Assembly: GCF_028641065.1 (NCBI RefSeq)
Contig: NC_073393.1
Span: forward strand, 20,212,001-20,276,000
DNA length: 64,000 nt
Reading direction: 5' to 3'
Origin: Leucoraja erinacea
Taxonomy: Eukaryota
Shown: positions 36,701-48,600 of the stretch, in pieces
Position numbering within the stretch: the stretch's first letter is position 1
Layout of the letters: the number at the start of each line of letters is the position of its first letter
Translations under genes and position numbers: made by a program
Notes under the pieces: model-generated
Seen by the model: only the letters and a program-made list of their open reading frames with translations
What the model was told of the DNA's origin: nothing
Databases searched by the model: none

Positions 36701-39700
36701 GATCCTCCAAGAATAGCCTCTCATTAATGTAATTATGTTTCCTTGATCAAAAAGCACCCCCCCCCCCCCCCCAAAATTTCCCCAAATTTTGGCTTCACTC
36801 GTACCTGGATCCAGGACCTGCAACAGAATCATAACAGGCCCCAGTACTCACATTCCAAAATGTCTTGCTGTAAATGCATACCATAAAAAAAAACAACATT
36901 CCTGCGTACATTAGGACTACATACTTCCTTCTTTCTGCATGTCACCAGGAGCTGCCCTCTATGACAAACTGTCTCACTCTCCCAACACTCCAATAACTGT
37001 CCTGTTCCCTGTGGCACCCGCCTGTTCAGGGGCATAATACACGCCCTTCCACTTTCTCCCTCTCCACCTTCCTGAATTCTGAACACGAGTTCATGATGTT
37101 ACTTCCGTTCCATGGGGACTCATAGACATAGGCTGAGTGATTGTTTTTCAGAACCACCTTCTTCAGTTATGAATTTGGGAGCTACTGGCATAGAGTTAAA
37201 CAATTGCATACGTAGTCACTAGCAATGATCTTCCCGCCAGTCCCAGCTCTTGCTCCGCCATCTTTAGTTTAGTGACTTGTCCCACTTATACCTCCTTTTG
37301 CCTTTCATATCCATTCAGATCATTGAATCTGTATTGCCTGATGAAATCACTCGAATATTTTCCAGTTCCAACAGGAGGTCATAGACAATGTCAAGTCTAT
37401 TTCTGTGTTCACAGTTGCCATCTAACCTGTGCATTTCCAGATGTTGTACTTTTACTTTTTCAACTTAACATATTAAATGTTTTATCATCATTACCATCTG
37501 CATTTCATCACTTATTTATTTTGTAAAGCTTGCACAAGAACTTGTGCAACACTGCATATCAAAAGTCCAAAGTACAATGCTACCTGATATACACCCGGGC
37601 TCCTTGAAGTAAAATCTTCCTCCAGGCTTCAGAATTCGAGCTACTTCAGCAAATACGTCAAAACTGTGCAGAGTGGTAGACTCTGGCACGACACCAGAGA
37701 GCACAACGTCAAAGCTGGAGTCCTTGTGAGCAGCTGAAAATAGAACAGAGGGTGATTCACAGTCTGACACACTGACAACCGTCTACATGACATACAAGGG
37801 GCAGCAGCCACTGTACAATCAACAGGACCCTAGTGTCATGCAACATCAAAGGCAGCTTATTAATGCAGACAAGGGATTGCAGATGCTAGAATGCATCTAC
37901 AATCCCTTAATCCAAAATAATGCATTTCGTTGTCTCTGTACTGTACACTGACAATGACAATTAAAATTGAATCTGAATCTGAGAATCTTGAACAAAACAC
38001 AATGTGTTGGGGGAATTCGGCAGGTCAGGCAGTATCAATGGAGCAAATGGGCAGATGATATTTCGGGTGACTATCCTTCTTCAAACTGATCAGTCTGAAA
38101 AAGGGTCCAAATCCAAAAGGTCATCTGTCCATTCTCTCCACAGATGGTGCTTGATCCACTGAGTTTCTCCAGCATGTTGTGTTTTGCTCATTTATTTGTA
38201 TAGCTAGATATTAAACAAATACTATAACTGGATAATATATCTAATAAAGAAGAGTCTTTTCACTTTACACAGATATTTGTAGAATATGCAATATATCAGC
38301 AGAGATCATGCAGGAATTTGTAGGTCAGTGCTGAGAATAAAGGGCCCTGGAACAAAGCAGGAAATTATGATTGGAGCAGAACATTGGACATGAGAGACTG
38401 CACATATTGAAATCTGGAAAAACAAACAATCTGCGGGGGAAACTCAGCCGGTGAGCAGCTTTGGATTAGAGTACTATTTGTGTAGAGAATAAATCTTTCA
38501 CCTACAAAATTTCTATTGCAGTTTCTCGAGGATATTGACAATGGACGAATCAGAACTTAATTAGCCAGAAACTGTGTGGAACTGCACCGAGGAAGTGTTA
38601 ATGGGAACATGATGTTCCACAGAGAGATAATGAACAACACAGGAAAATGTCAGCAACTCACTGGTGTGCGTCCAGCTACCCGACTTCAGCCAGTTATAGA
38701 CCATGGCTGAGTATGAGGCGAAACAGTAACTAGTTCATCAAGAAAGAGTAAAAAATCATGAAGTTTTAAGATCACAATTGTATTGGTCAGATCACTGGAT
38801 CAAAGTCATGACTATCAGGCACAAAGTTGAAAAAGTTATTTCTGAGACATAGCCAGCATGTGTAAAAGCCAGCCACAGCATTGGAAGACATAATGTACAG
38901 ACCTGACCTCTGAATATCAAGTAGTAAGTGGGAGCTAATGCTAGCACAATCTGGGCAAGATGTCCAGTGCCGAGTATAGAAGCCGTGCTGACTGTGCAAG
39001 CTGAGCACAGGTCAGTCACCTGAGGGTAGTATAAAAATGCAGCTTGTAGTGCCACAGCTCGAGTGACCCAGGTTCAATCTTGACCTTGTGTGCTATTTTG
39101 TAGTTTATATGTTCTCCCAGTGATTGCATGGGTTTCCCACAGTGGCTATGGATTCCTAGCACATCCCAAAGATGGCCCGGTTGGTGATGAATCGGCCGCA
39201 ATAACGTAGCAACCCTAAATGTGTAGATTAGGCGCAGCATCTGGTGGTTGAAGGGAATTTGGAGAGAATAAAAATGGGATTAATGTAGGACCAGTGTAAA
39301 TGCGGGTCGAAGGACCTGTTTCCATGCTGTATGACTCATTGGTTAAGCAGTTAGGGAGAACTGATATGCTGTGAATATTGACAATGGACTGTGGAAACAC
39401 TAAATTGGTTATTGTCCCATGGTTTGAGGCACAATTGCAGAAACTGGGGGATTCTGGTCTCCAAGCTAAAGGAAGGAACTTATTAAGCTGGAAAAAGTAC
39501 AGAAAAGATTCATAAGAGTGGGGGGCTTGAGTTATAATGCTTTTCACTGTATCATGGTATATGTGGCAATAATAAACCAATCCCCCCCCTCTCCCATTAT
39601 TAACATAAGTTGTAAATATCTGAGGGCTAAGAACTGACTCTTGGACCACTGCACTATTTACACCATTCCCGCCTGTCTAAAAAGGACTTATTTATGCTCT

Positions 39701-40491
39701 GTGTTCTGTGTGATAACTAATCCTTATTCCATGCTGACACACCATAAGCTCTTATCTTGTGCACCAGCTATCAACGAGGCATCTTGCACGAGCTCACATG
39801 CACTTGCTAAGTAACCCCATCGGGACTCACACCAATTTCTCCCCTCCCACCTACATTCCTTCCTCGAGTTTCACATTTCTTATTTCACATTTTTTATTTT
39901 GTCTCATAAGTTGTGCCTTTTCATTTCTGGCCTCTGTCCATCTCTCTGCCTGTAAAAAAAACACCCTTCCCTGTATAAACCTATTACCCGCCATGCTTTG
40001 TCATCCTTCCTGCTTTCTTCCCCCTGCCCACAATCTGTCTGAAAAAGGTTCACGACACAAATCTATGTTTTGCAGAATGCTGCCTGACCCACTGAGTTAC
40101 TCCAGCACTTTGTGTTTTTTAAAGGTGTTGATGGACAGATGAGAGTGATTCAGGAGAAATGTTACAGGGTAGTGGGAGGAGAAAATGACTTATGGGATTG
40201 CTCTACTGGGAGCTGGCAGGAGTCGAATGACCAAGCTAGTAAGAGTTCTTATCCGACAAAGTACTAAAAGCTGCATTTTGTTAAAAGGTGATAGGGGGAG
40301 AAAGCGACTACGTAGTCTTGTTCTCCATACTTACATAGCTGAAGCCTCTCAATGTTTTCCATTGCTACATTTCCTGAAGAACCAGTAACTGCCCGAATGT
40401 CCTGCACCAGCTTGGAATTGGATTCAGCTGTGGTCAAATCATCCCAGATCACTACCACATAGTGTCCTGGCTTTATATCAAACTGATCCAT
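27757..40491 (-). CDS. CIAPIN1: Anamorsin (cytokine-induced apoptosis inhibitor 1, Dre2 homolog), 313 aa; coding exons 40491-40335, 37733-37584, 34602-34526, 33338-33167, 32591-32518, 29563-29445, 28612-28531, 27867-27757
   Basis: All introns are GT-AG with consistent phases; 942 nt in total. Motifs: MDQFDIKPG.., [53 protein letters not shown]9CX2CXC ([15 protein letters not shown]) and CX2CX7CX2C ([28 protein letters not shown]). Poly(A) signal at 27537-27542 (-). Likely non-coding exon 1 near 42410-42480. Confidence 0.97.
29920..31840 (-). mobile_element. Rex1/Babar-type LINE in a CIAPIN1 intron, decayed
   Basis: ORFs 30606-31631 and 30064-30609 give [57 protein letters not shown] and LPSGRRHRS. 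Confidence 0.9.
32258..32520 (-). repeat. Degenerate 38-42-bp tandem repeat (about 7 copies) whose unit starts with the CIAPIN1 exon donor site
   Basis: Minus-strand units: gtggtgagatccctc..., gtggcgatatccctc..., gtgttgagatccctc..., gcggtaagatcctta..., gtggtgcgatccctc..., ggtgggattcctc..., gtggtgggatctctc. Confidence 0.8.
33858..34085 (+). mobile_element. CR1 3'-end fragment (young subfamily)
   Basis: Near-identical to 2763-2990. Confidence 0.85.
35230..36140. mobile_element. Possible non-autonomous DNA-transposon remnant
   Basis: Compositionally distinct block (AT-rich flanks, CpG-retaining core) without LINE or SINE motifs. No termini could be verified. Confidence 0.25.
39054..39335 (+). 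mobile_element. V-SINE, decayed
   Basis: gacccaggttcaatcttgacc..gttctccc..gggtttccc; tail cgaaggacctgtttccatgctgtatgact. Confidence 0.65.
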
Positions 40492-41624
40492 TGTAAACCT
40501 GTTTTAGAAGAAGAAGTAAATATTACAGAATGACATCAGTCGCAGATGTGAAGGAAGTGAAATCTACACGATTATTCACCATGGGGAGCTAGGGAATACA
40601 ATCTAAAAAAACAGTGAGGATGGGGTGAAAGTAGGGATTGTGCTGATTGGGAGAAGGCAAGGCTCAGGATAAGGAGGGAGGAAGGTATGCAAGTAGGGAG
40701 GTGGAGGGAAGTAGAATGTAAGTGCTTAGTTATGCGATGGAGCAATTTCAACTGCGATAAGAAAAGTTCTATAGAACATATATCATTAAAAAAGTACAGC
40801 ACAGGGTCAGGCTCGTTGACCCACTATATCTGTGCCGTACATGATGCCTGGCTAAATAAATCTCATCAGCCTGCACATGATACATACCCCTCCATTCCCT
40901 GCATATCTATGTGCCCATCTACTGTATCTGCCATCTATCCTATCCACACCTCTCAATTTTATGCACTTCTATCAGGTCTCCGCTCAGCCTCTGATGCTCC
41001 AGAGACAGCAATACAAGTTTGTTCCATCTCTCCTTATAGTAATATCCTCTAATCCAAGCAACAATCTGGTAAACCTCTTCTGCACCACCTCCAAAGTCTC
41101 CACATCCTTTCTCCAAAGGGCAACCAGCATTGCACTCAATATTCCAAATGTGGCCTAACTGAATTCTTATAAAGCTGCAACATGACTGTCATATTCAATG
41201 CCCTGTTCAATAAAAGGAAGCATACCGAATGCCTTCTTTACTTTATATTTACTTTACACTTCCCCCTTGCATTGGACCTCCCAAAGTGCAATATCTTATA
41301 CTTGCATGGATTACATAGAACAGTACAGCACAGGGACAGGTTCTATGGTCCACAATATTTGTGCAGAATATGATGCCCAGTTAAACTGTTCTCACCTGTC
41401 AAATGATCTATATCCCTTTATTCCACACACTTCCTGGGGAAAAGGTTCTGATTGTCTACCCTATCTATGCCTCTCATATTAAACCGGCTTCTTCCTGTCT
41501 TTCCACACACCTGATCACCGACCCCATCGGAAATGTTGTAATCTCTTCTGCACCTCCTTCAAAGACTTGACAACCTCTAGTTAAAGAAATTCCTCCTCAT
41601 TTCCATTCTAAAGGTACGCCCATT

Positions 41625-42140
41625 AATAGAAGCTGGGATGTTACATTATAGTTGCACAAGATGTTGGTGAGGCCACATTTGGCGCACTGTGTTCAGTTTT
41701 GGTCACCCTGCTATAGGAAGGATGTTGTTAAGATGGAAAAGGTGCAGAGAAGATTTACAAGGATGTTGCCAAGACTTGAGGACCTGAGCTCCAGAGAGAG
41801 GTTGGGCAGGCAAGAACTTTATTCCTTGGAGTGCAGGAGGATGAGGGGTGATCGTATAAAGGAGTATAAGGTCATGAGGGGAACAGATGCACAGTCTATT
41901 ACTCAGAGTAGGGGACTTAAGAACCACATGGGCTGTGATGGGCATATGGCTACCAGATGAGGTAATTGAGGATGAGGGGAATGTGGAACAAGTTGTCAGA
42001 GGAAGTGACTGAGGCAGGTTCAATTGTTAAGTTTAACAGGTATTTAGACATTTATATAGATATGAATGGTTTAAAGGGACATCAGCCAAATGCAGAGAAA
42101 GTTGTGAACAGGTATGTTTCTGTGCTGTATAACTCTGTGA
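41625..42140 (+). mobile_element. CR1 3' fragment
   Basis: ORF 41652-41960 LVRPHLAHCVQFWSP..VQRRFTRM. Confidence 0.85.
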
Positions 42141-42369
42141 TTAATTCCCCTTGATTATAATCCTAGTGATGAGTCCATAGCGTCCCCCACCCTTCAGTGC
42201 ACAATCCCAAACCCGCTCGCTCACTCCTGCCCTCACTGCAACATATCCACCCCCTCTGTGCCCAAGAACACGCAACACCCCTGTACAGGCAACGCCGCTT
42301 CAACCCCCATGTATGGCAGCACCTCTTCTGCACCGTCCTATTACTGCCCCTCGGTGCCCAACACCCACC

Positions 42370-42670
42370 ATTGCCGCGTCCTCCTCCTGCCCCCACCTCT
42401 TTAACTCACCGCCCGGCTCTTTAACTCACCGCCCGGCCGACAAACAACCCCGTCACTCGCCGCAGTCCCGGGACTCGAGCTCCTGCGCACGGTGTCGCGC
42501 GGGTGACGTTGCGTGGGCCCGGCGCGTACCAATGACGTTTGCGACCCGGCGATGGCGTTGTGCCGGAGACCTGCTCTGCGGCTTCTGCACCGATTACTCG
42601 CCGGAGGTCGACCTGTCCCAGTGCAGGAAGCGCGCCATGGTGCTGACCGTTAGATGGTCGGAGACGCGAA
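42370..42670. promoter_or_regulatory. CpG island / bidirectional CIAPIN1-COQ9 promoter
   Basis: High CpG density. CIAPIN1 5' exon donors (GCG|GTGAGT, minus) at 42410 and 42430; COQ9 ATG at 42552. TGACGT (CRE-like) at 42504-42509 and 42533-42538; CCAAT at 42529-42533. Confidence 0.75.
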
Positions 42671-45600
42671 GAGAATGGAATGAGGGCGGGGGGGATATGG
42701 GACAGGGAGGAGAATTAGAGGGATGCCCTCCAATTCTCCTCCAAGCAGAATAGAAGGGGAGGGAGGAGTGGGATGCAGAGGCAAGAGGATAGAGGATAGA
42801 GTAGATGCGGTGGTACAGTGGTTAGAGGGGGGCAGGAGAAGGAAGCTGCAGCGTGCGAGGGGAGAAGGAAGGGGTAGGGTGCGAGGGGAGACAGGGTTAC
42901 TGTGGCACGCAGGGGTGAGGAGTTGAGTCTGAGGTGCAGGGGCAAGTGTAGGGGGGGAGAATGAGGGAGATGCAAGTGGCAGAGGGGGATACAGCGGCAA
43001 GGGGGAAGGGCAGGTCTATGCCTAGGACAGTGGGTTTGTGTAGTTGTCGGGGAGTGGCCGGGTTTGTGCAGACAGGAGGGAGGGGGTGGCATACAATTTT
43101 GTGATCTGAATTTAACCTCCTTCCTCCCCACCCCACCGCTTAGTGGAATTAGTGAATTCTCTCTGGAGATTGTAACTGTGTGATCCCATGTTCCTCTAAT
43201 GTAACAACTCCCACCCACCCCAAGTGATGTTTGTGAGAGAGCAGTGTTAGGCAAATATTTACTGCGTGCAGCCTGATTGATCAGTGTCTTCTCAGAGGAG
43301 AGAATACCTATGCAGTATTGATATTTCTTGGCTTATATTTGTCACATGTACTGAGATGTAGTGAAAAACTTTGTCTCTCACCTGTGAAGGACCTGTGTAA
43401 TGTTTGATGGGAGTGATGGGTTTGGTATTCTCTGTTGACTGGGGCGAACTGAGGCTCTCTTTCTCTCGTGCCAGCTGGGCTAAGTTTCCACAAGGAGCTG
43501 CGTAGGGGACTGCGATCGTCAATATACTTAAGAATGGTGCATGAGGAGCACTCCCATGCAGATCCTGGACACCAGGACTCATACTCTAGGTATGCTGAAC
43601 TGCTCCATTTCTTTGCTTTAGGACAATAAACTCACATTATTTACAATATAATCCAAAATCTGCTTTCTAACATATCAAAAGCTGAAACGTGTGCAAAACC
43701 AGAAATAAGTTACTAAGTTGTTTGTCAGGCATAGGTTGAAGAATTTGAGATATAAGACAATAATATAGGGAGTTAAGACTGTAACATTTTATTTAGGATG
43801 TTATGTTTTGGGTTGTGCACAGAGTAATATAGGTGGTAACTTTCACACCTGAATGTTCATATAAAATTGGTCTATTTTCAGTTGTATTTTCAGTTCAGTG
43901 TTCTTTCAAAAAACTGAAACCTCATCTTAGGTGGAGGTCAATTTTTTTTTTGTGCTCCACACAAGAAGTGACAGCAACAGGATGCAGCGTAAATTCGCTG
44001 GATGCTTGGTTATGAGGAAATATAATTGCAAAGACAAATGGATTGCGTGTGTTACAACAGATACATAGCATTATTGGTATATGTGCCTGCCCAGGCCAAG
44101 CATCGTGGGTAAATGTGCTGACCGGGGCACAAATAAATGTCTAATTTCCGAGTTTGGAGGCTGTGACTCATTGGTTGCAATGGCTATCGACGCTGGTGCC
44201 CCAGCCGTTCGCAGTTAAATCAATGATTTGGACGAAGAATCCAAAGGTTAAAATATCCCTTTTTTATCGTATAAGGCTGGGTGCCGGTGTGGGCTCTCGG
44301 AACGATGCAAAGACGTCCATGTACACTGTCGATGTGACTGGGCAAGGCCAAGTAGGTAAGTGAGCAGTTGAAAGGTGTTGGTATTCAGAGGACACAAATG
44401 TCCTTGGAGATGAATCATTAACTTTCAATATGTAAATACAACAAACTTTTTTTGCAAGAGGATTTAAAGGAGAGAGTAACGTTATGATACACCATTCATT
44501 TAGTATTCTGGTGAGCCCACATCTGGAATGTGTATGGTCTGGTCTCCTGACCTAAAAGAAGATATACCATAATTAGTGACCATGCAGCAAAGGTTCACCT
44601 GATTGGACTGGGAATTCCAGTTTGGAGCAAATGAAGTGAAATCCTTAAAATGTACAAAATTACTGTGGGGCTTGACAAGTATGATATGCTTCCCCCTAGC
44701 TGGGATGCATAAAACATGCAATCTCGAAATAATGAGTTGGCCAGATGAGAATTTGTTTACCCAGAGGTTAGCAAATGTTTTGGAGTTCCCTTCCTGAGAG
44801 AGCCTTGATGACAACATTAAAGGCAGAAGGACAGATTTTTAAATCTTAAGAGCATCAATGAATGTGGTGGAAGTACAGGAAAGTAGACAGTAAGGAAAAG
44901 TTCAACTGTGGTCTAATTAAACAGAGTAGACATGGGGGTTTGAATCGCCTATTGGTGTTTCAATGCTCTGCATCTGCAGGAGACCCTGAGATAATTTAGT
45001 GTTTTCTGGTCTCTATTGTATTAACCAATGCTGTTATGTACCTTGTGGATTAACTTGTGCCTATAGCATTCCATCTGCTGGTCACTGGTGCTTATGCATT
45101 AGCATGGTTGTGCCTGGCATCCTCTCTGGTTGGCTGGTGTCTGACTATTTTCAGCCAAGTTAGCTGGTACATGTTGGGTGACCTTGTTGGGATACTTGTT
45201 ATATGATTTGTTATTCACTGCCGGGTTAGTTGGTGCCTGCTTGCAATAGAGGACTGGCATCTGGGGCTTTTGGGTGAAGTCCTGGCTGAAGTTTGACGCT
45301 TCCCACTGTGTCCTCGGATATACCTAAGGAGATTTATCTGCTTTCATCGCTGTAGCTCATTCAGCACCTCCTCGACCTTGGAAAAATCTTATTTTAAGGG
45401 TGATAAATCTTCAGAATTCTTGACCCCTGGAAAGCACAAATGCAGAGTCATTGAACACATGCAGGGCAGTGACTGAGGTTAGATTGCAAGGGATTGGGTT
45501 GTGGGGAGAGAAAGGTACTAGGGTGTTGAGGTCAAGATTGGACCTGTATGGCGCTTCTGCATTTAAATGTACCTGTGTCCAGGCATCATGTTGATGAGAT

Positions 45601-48600
45601 AACAGGCCAGCAGTTTGCTGTGGCTTTTCCCAACAAGACTTGGCACAGTGACAACTGGGAAGTAGTGGGGCTCACTGACAAGAGTTTGCTCTGGGTAATA
45701 TGTGACACAAGTGTTAGGTTCACTTACCATTCCATTCTCCTTTCCACAGCAGTTATTCAGATCAGAGTGCAGAAAAGGGAGAGGGATTCGAGTCTGAGGA
45801 TCAGCTGAGGCAGCAGCTCCTTTCAGCGGCACTGAAATTTGTCCCTAAGTTTGGCTGGACAGTGGAGGCCATTGCGGAAGGAGCCAAGGTAGAAACTGGT
45901 CATAGTTGTAACAATTTAAAAACAATATATCTGCATCACCCACCCTACTAATCACTTTGTTAGCATGTCTATGCTGATATCATGTTCCTCTCTAAACAGC
46001 ACTTGGCCCGTAGCCTACTATGCCATGATGATTCACTGCTAATGCTAACAAGATCCTGCCTCCATATCACCTCGGGTTCCAGATTCCAACTAACCTCTGG
46101 GTAAATTTTGCTCTCACCATTTGAATCGGCTTTCCATGTGGGACCTTGTCAAAGGCTTCACTGAGATTCATATTAACCACATCAACCGTACTGCCCTCAT
46201 CAGCATAATTTGTTATAACTTCTGAATCAATTTAGTCAAATAGGATCTCCCACCTATATCCGTGCTAACCATCCCTGATCAATCCCAGTCTTTACAAGTG
46301 TAACTTAATCCCATCCCTCTGTATTTTTACCAAAACTATTCTTACCATTGGTATTTGGCTCATTGACCTGAACGTAACTGTCCTATCCATGCAACCTGTC
46401 TTGAATAAAGGAAGCACATTTGCTGTCTTTCATCATCCTCTACCTCCCCCGTGAACAGCTGCGATATGAAAATCTCTGCCAATGCCCTAGTAATCTCTGC
46501 CTTACCTCCCACAGTAGCCCACACAGGGATACTTCTCTACAGAAAGGCCCCAAATTGCTGGAGTAACTCAGCAGGTTACGCATCTCTGGAGAATATGAAT
46601 ACGATATCCATGTAATGACAAGGAACTGAAGATGCTGGTTTATACCAAAGATAGACACAAAATGCTGGAGTAACCGGCAGTCCATCTTGTCGATTTTGGG
46701 AATGAGATAGAAAAGGGCAGTGTGGTTTTGGGAGGGTATAAGAAAGGTGATTGCCAGAGGTGATGAGATCGGGAACGGTCTGGGAGATGCTGGCCTGGTG
46801 TTCATACTTATGATCATAGTAAAGTGGTGATATAAGGTGTGCCTATTGCGATTGTTACTGTGTGAATGGGGGGGCTGTGCATTTAGAGGTTTGAGATGGA
46901 GTGAGTAAGCAGATTGGAGAAGTCAACACAGTTCTCAGGATTTCCAGGGTAGATGTCAGGAAACACAGAGACTGTAGATGAAGTCACCAAGTATTTCAGC
47001 GGGTCAGGCAGCAACCTTGGCGAACATAGATGTTGGACATTAAGATCGGGGCCCTTCTGCATCTGCAGATGTTAGTCTGAAGCAATTAACAAACTTGCAA
47101 GAAGTCAGCAAGTCAGACAGCACATTGGAGAGAAATGGACTATCTAATAGCTGGGTGGAAGTCACAATGCGTCAACTAACATTCTCTCCTCTTGTTAAAG
47201 GTGTTGGATCTGTCGCCAGCAGTGACTGGGATGTTCAGTCATGGTTCGGGTGACTTAGTGCTGCACTTTGTCAATCAGTGCAACAACCAGCTCTCACAGA
47301 TGCTGGCCGAGCACCACAGTCTGGTCGAGCAGGGACAGGAGGAGTAAGTACCACACCATGGAGCACTCTCTCTGCCAGTGGCAGACTTGAGCACTTGCGT
47401 GGGAATTCAGCGAGTCTGAACCTCTGTAGAAGGGGGAGAATTTCAGGTCAGTTTCAAGGCAACACAACTCTGCTGTCAAAGTGACTGTGATCCTAAGGGA
47501 TTGGCATAAAAGTCCAGTAGATCAGCTGGGGTAGTAGGAGTTCTCCCTCCACCTCGTGCTCTGCCCCGCTGGGACTTACCCCCTGCCCTTCAACATTGAC
47601 GTGCTAATGTTATGTTGAGACGGCGGCTCAGTCCATTCTGTGGGCCAGCAGGAATGGAGAATGAACCCCAATGTGGAAAACAACCGTACCCCTCTGTGGA
47701 CCTGTCGACTGCTGATCTGGATCTTGTGGAGGCATGCCCATCGGGAAGGTGATTGTGATGGTAGGGTGGACAGCAGTGTGGTCCTGAGGAAGGGGCTTTG
47801 CACCATTTATTACTTGGCCTGCTGCTGACTTTGGGTTTTGGAAGGTGGGAGGGGTTGCTGTAACACTGTGGGACGAGGCCGTCCAACCCATCAGCCTGCC
47901 CTGCTATTCATCCAGGTAATAGTGTAAATCCTTAAGCGTCATTTTCCTGCCCAATTACCATGCCCATCGATTCCCATCCAACTGATTAAATAATCTAAAT
48001 GCCTATAACTTCATGGGGAAGAGAATTCCAATGATCCACCACTCTCTGGGTGAAGACATTTCTTTTCATCTCAATCCTAAATGGCCTGCCCTTTACTCTG
48101 GGAGGGCAATCCTAATTCTAGGAAAATACCCACCTGCATCCAGCCTGCAAGTGCCGTTGCAATTCTGTTAATTTCAAGGAGGCTGTCTCCCCTTCTAAAT
48201 TCTTGCGATGCTGGCCCAGGTCACTTGACTCCTGTTCTCTCAATTCCTCAACAGTGTAGTCACATTTTCTGCCTTTCAATCCACAGGAAAGAATGCAGAA
48301 TCTGAGACCTCTGGGAGATGGTAATTAGAGCATCCCCTCTCTAAAAAGCTATCTTATTCCAAGCTCTGTGTCACTGTGGCACAGTGCCGGAGACCCGAAT
48401 TCAATCCTGATTATGGGTGGTGTGTATGAGGTTTGTACATTCTCCCTGTGAACATGTGGGTTTTCTCCAGTTGCCCTGATTTCCTCCCACAACCCAAAGA
48501 TGTGCAAGTTTGTAGGTTAATTGACTTCTGTAAATTGTCCCGAGTGTCTGGATAGAACTAGTGGGCAGGTGATCATGGTCGGCGTGGACTCGGTAGGCCG

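Noticed and set aside
44130-44365. Candidate COQ9 exon ending in AG|GTAAGT
   Set aside because: The sequence is a decayed CR1 RT remnant, and COQ9 exons 2 and 3 already join in phase without it.
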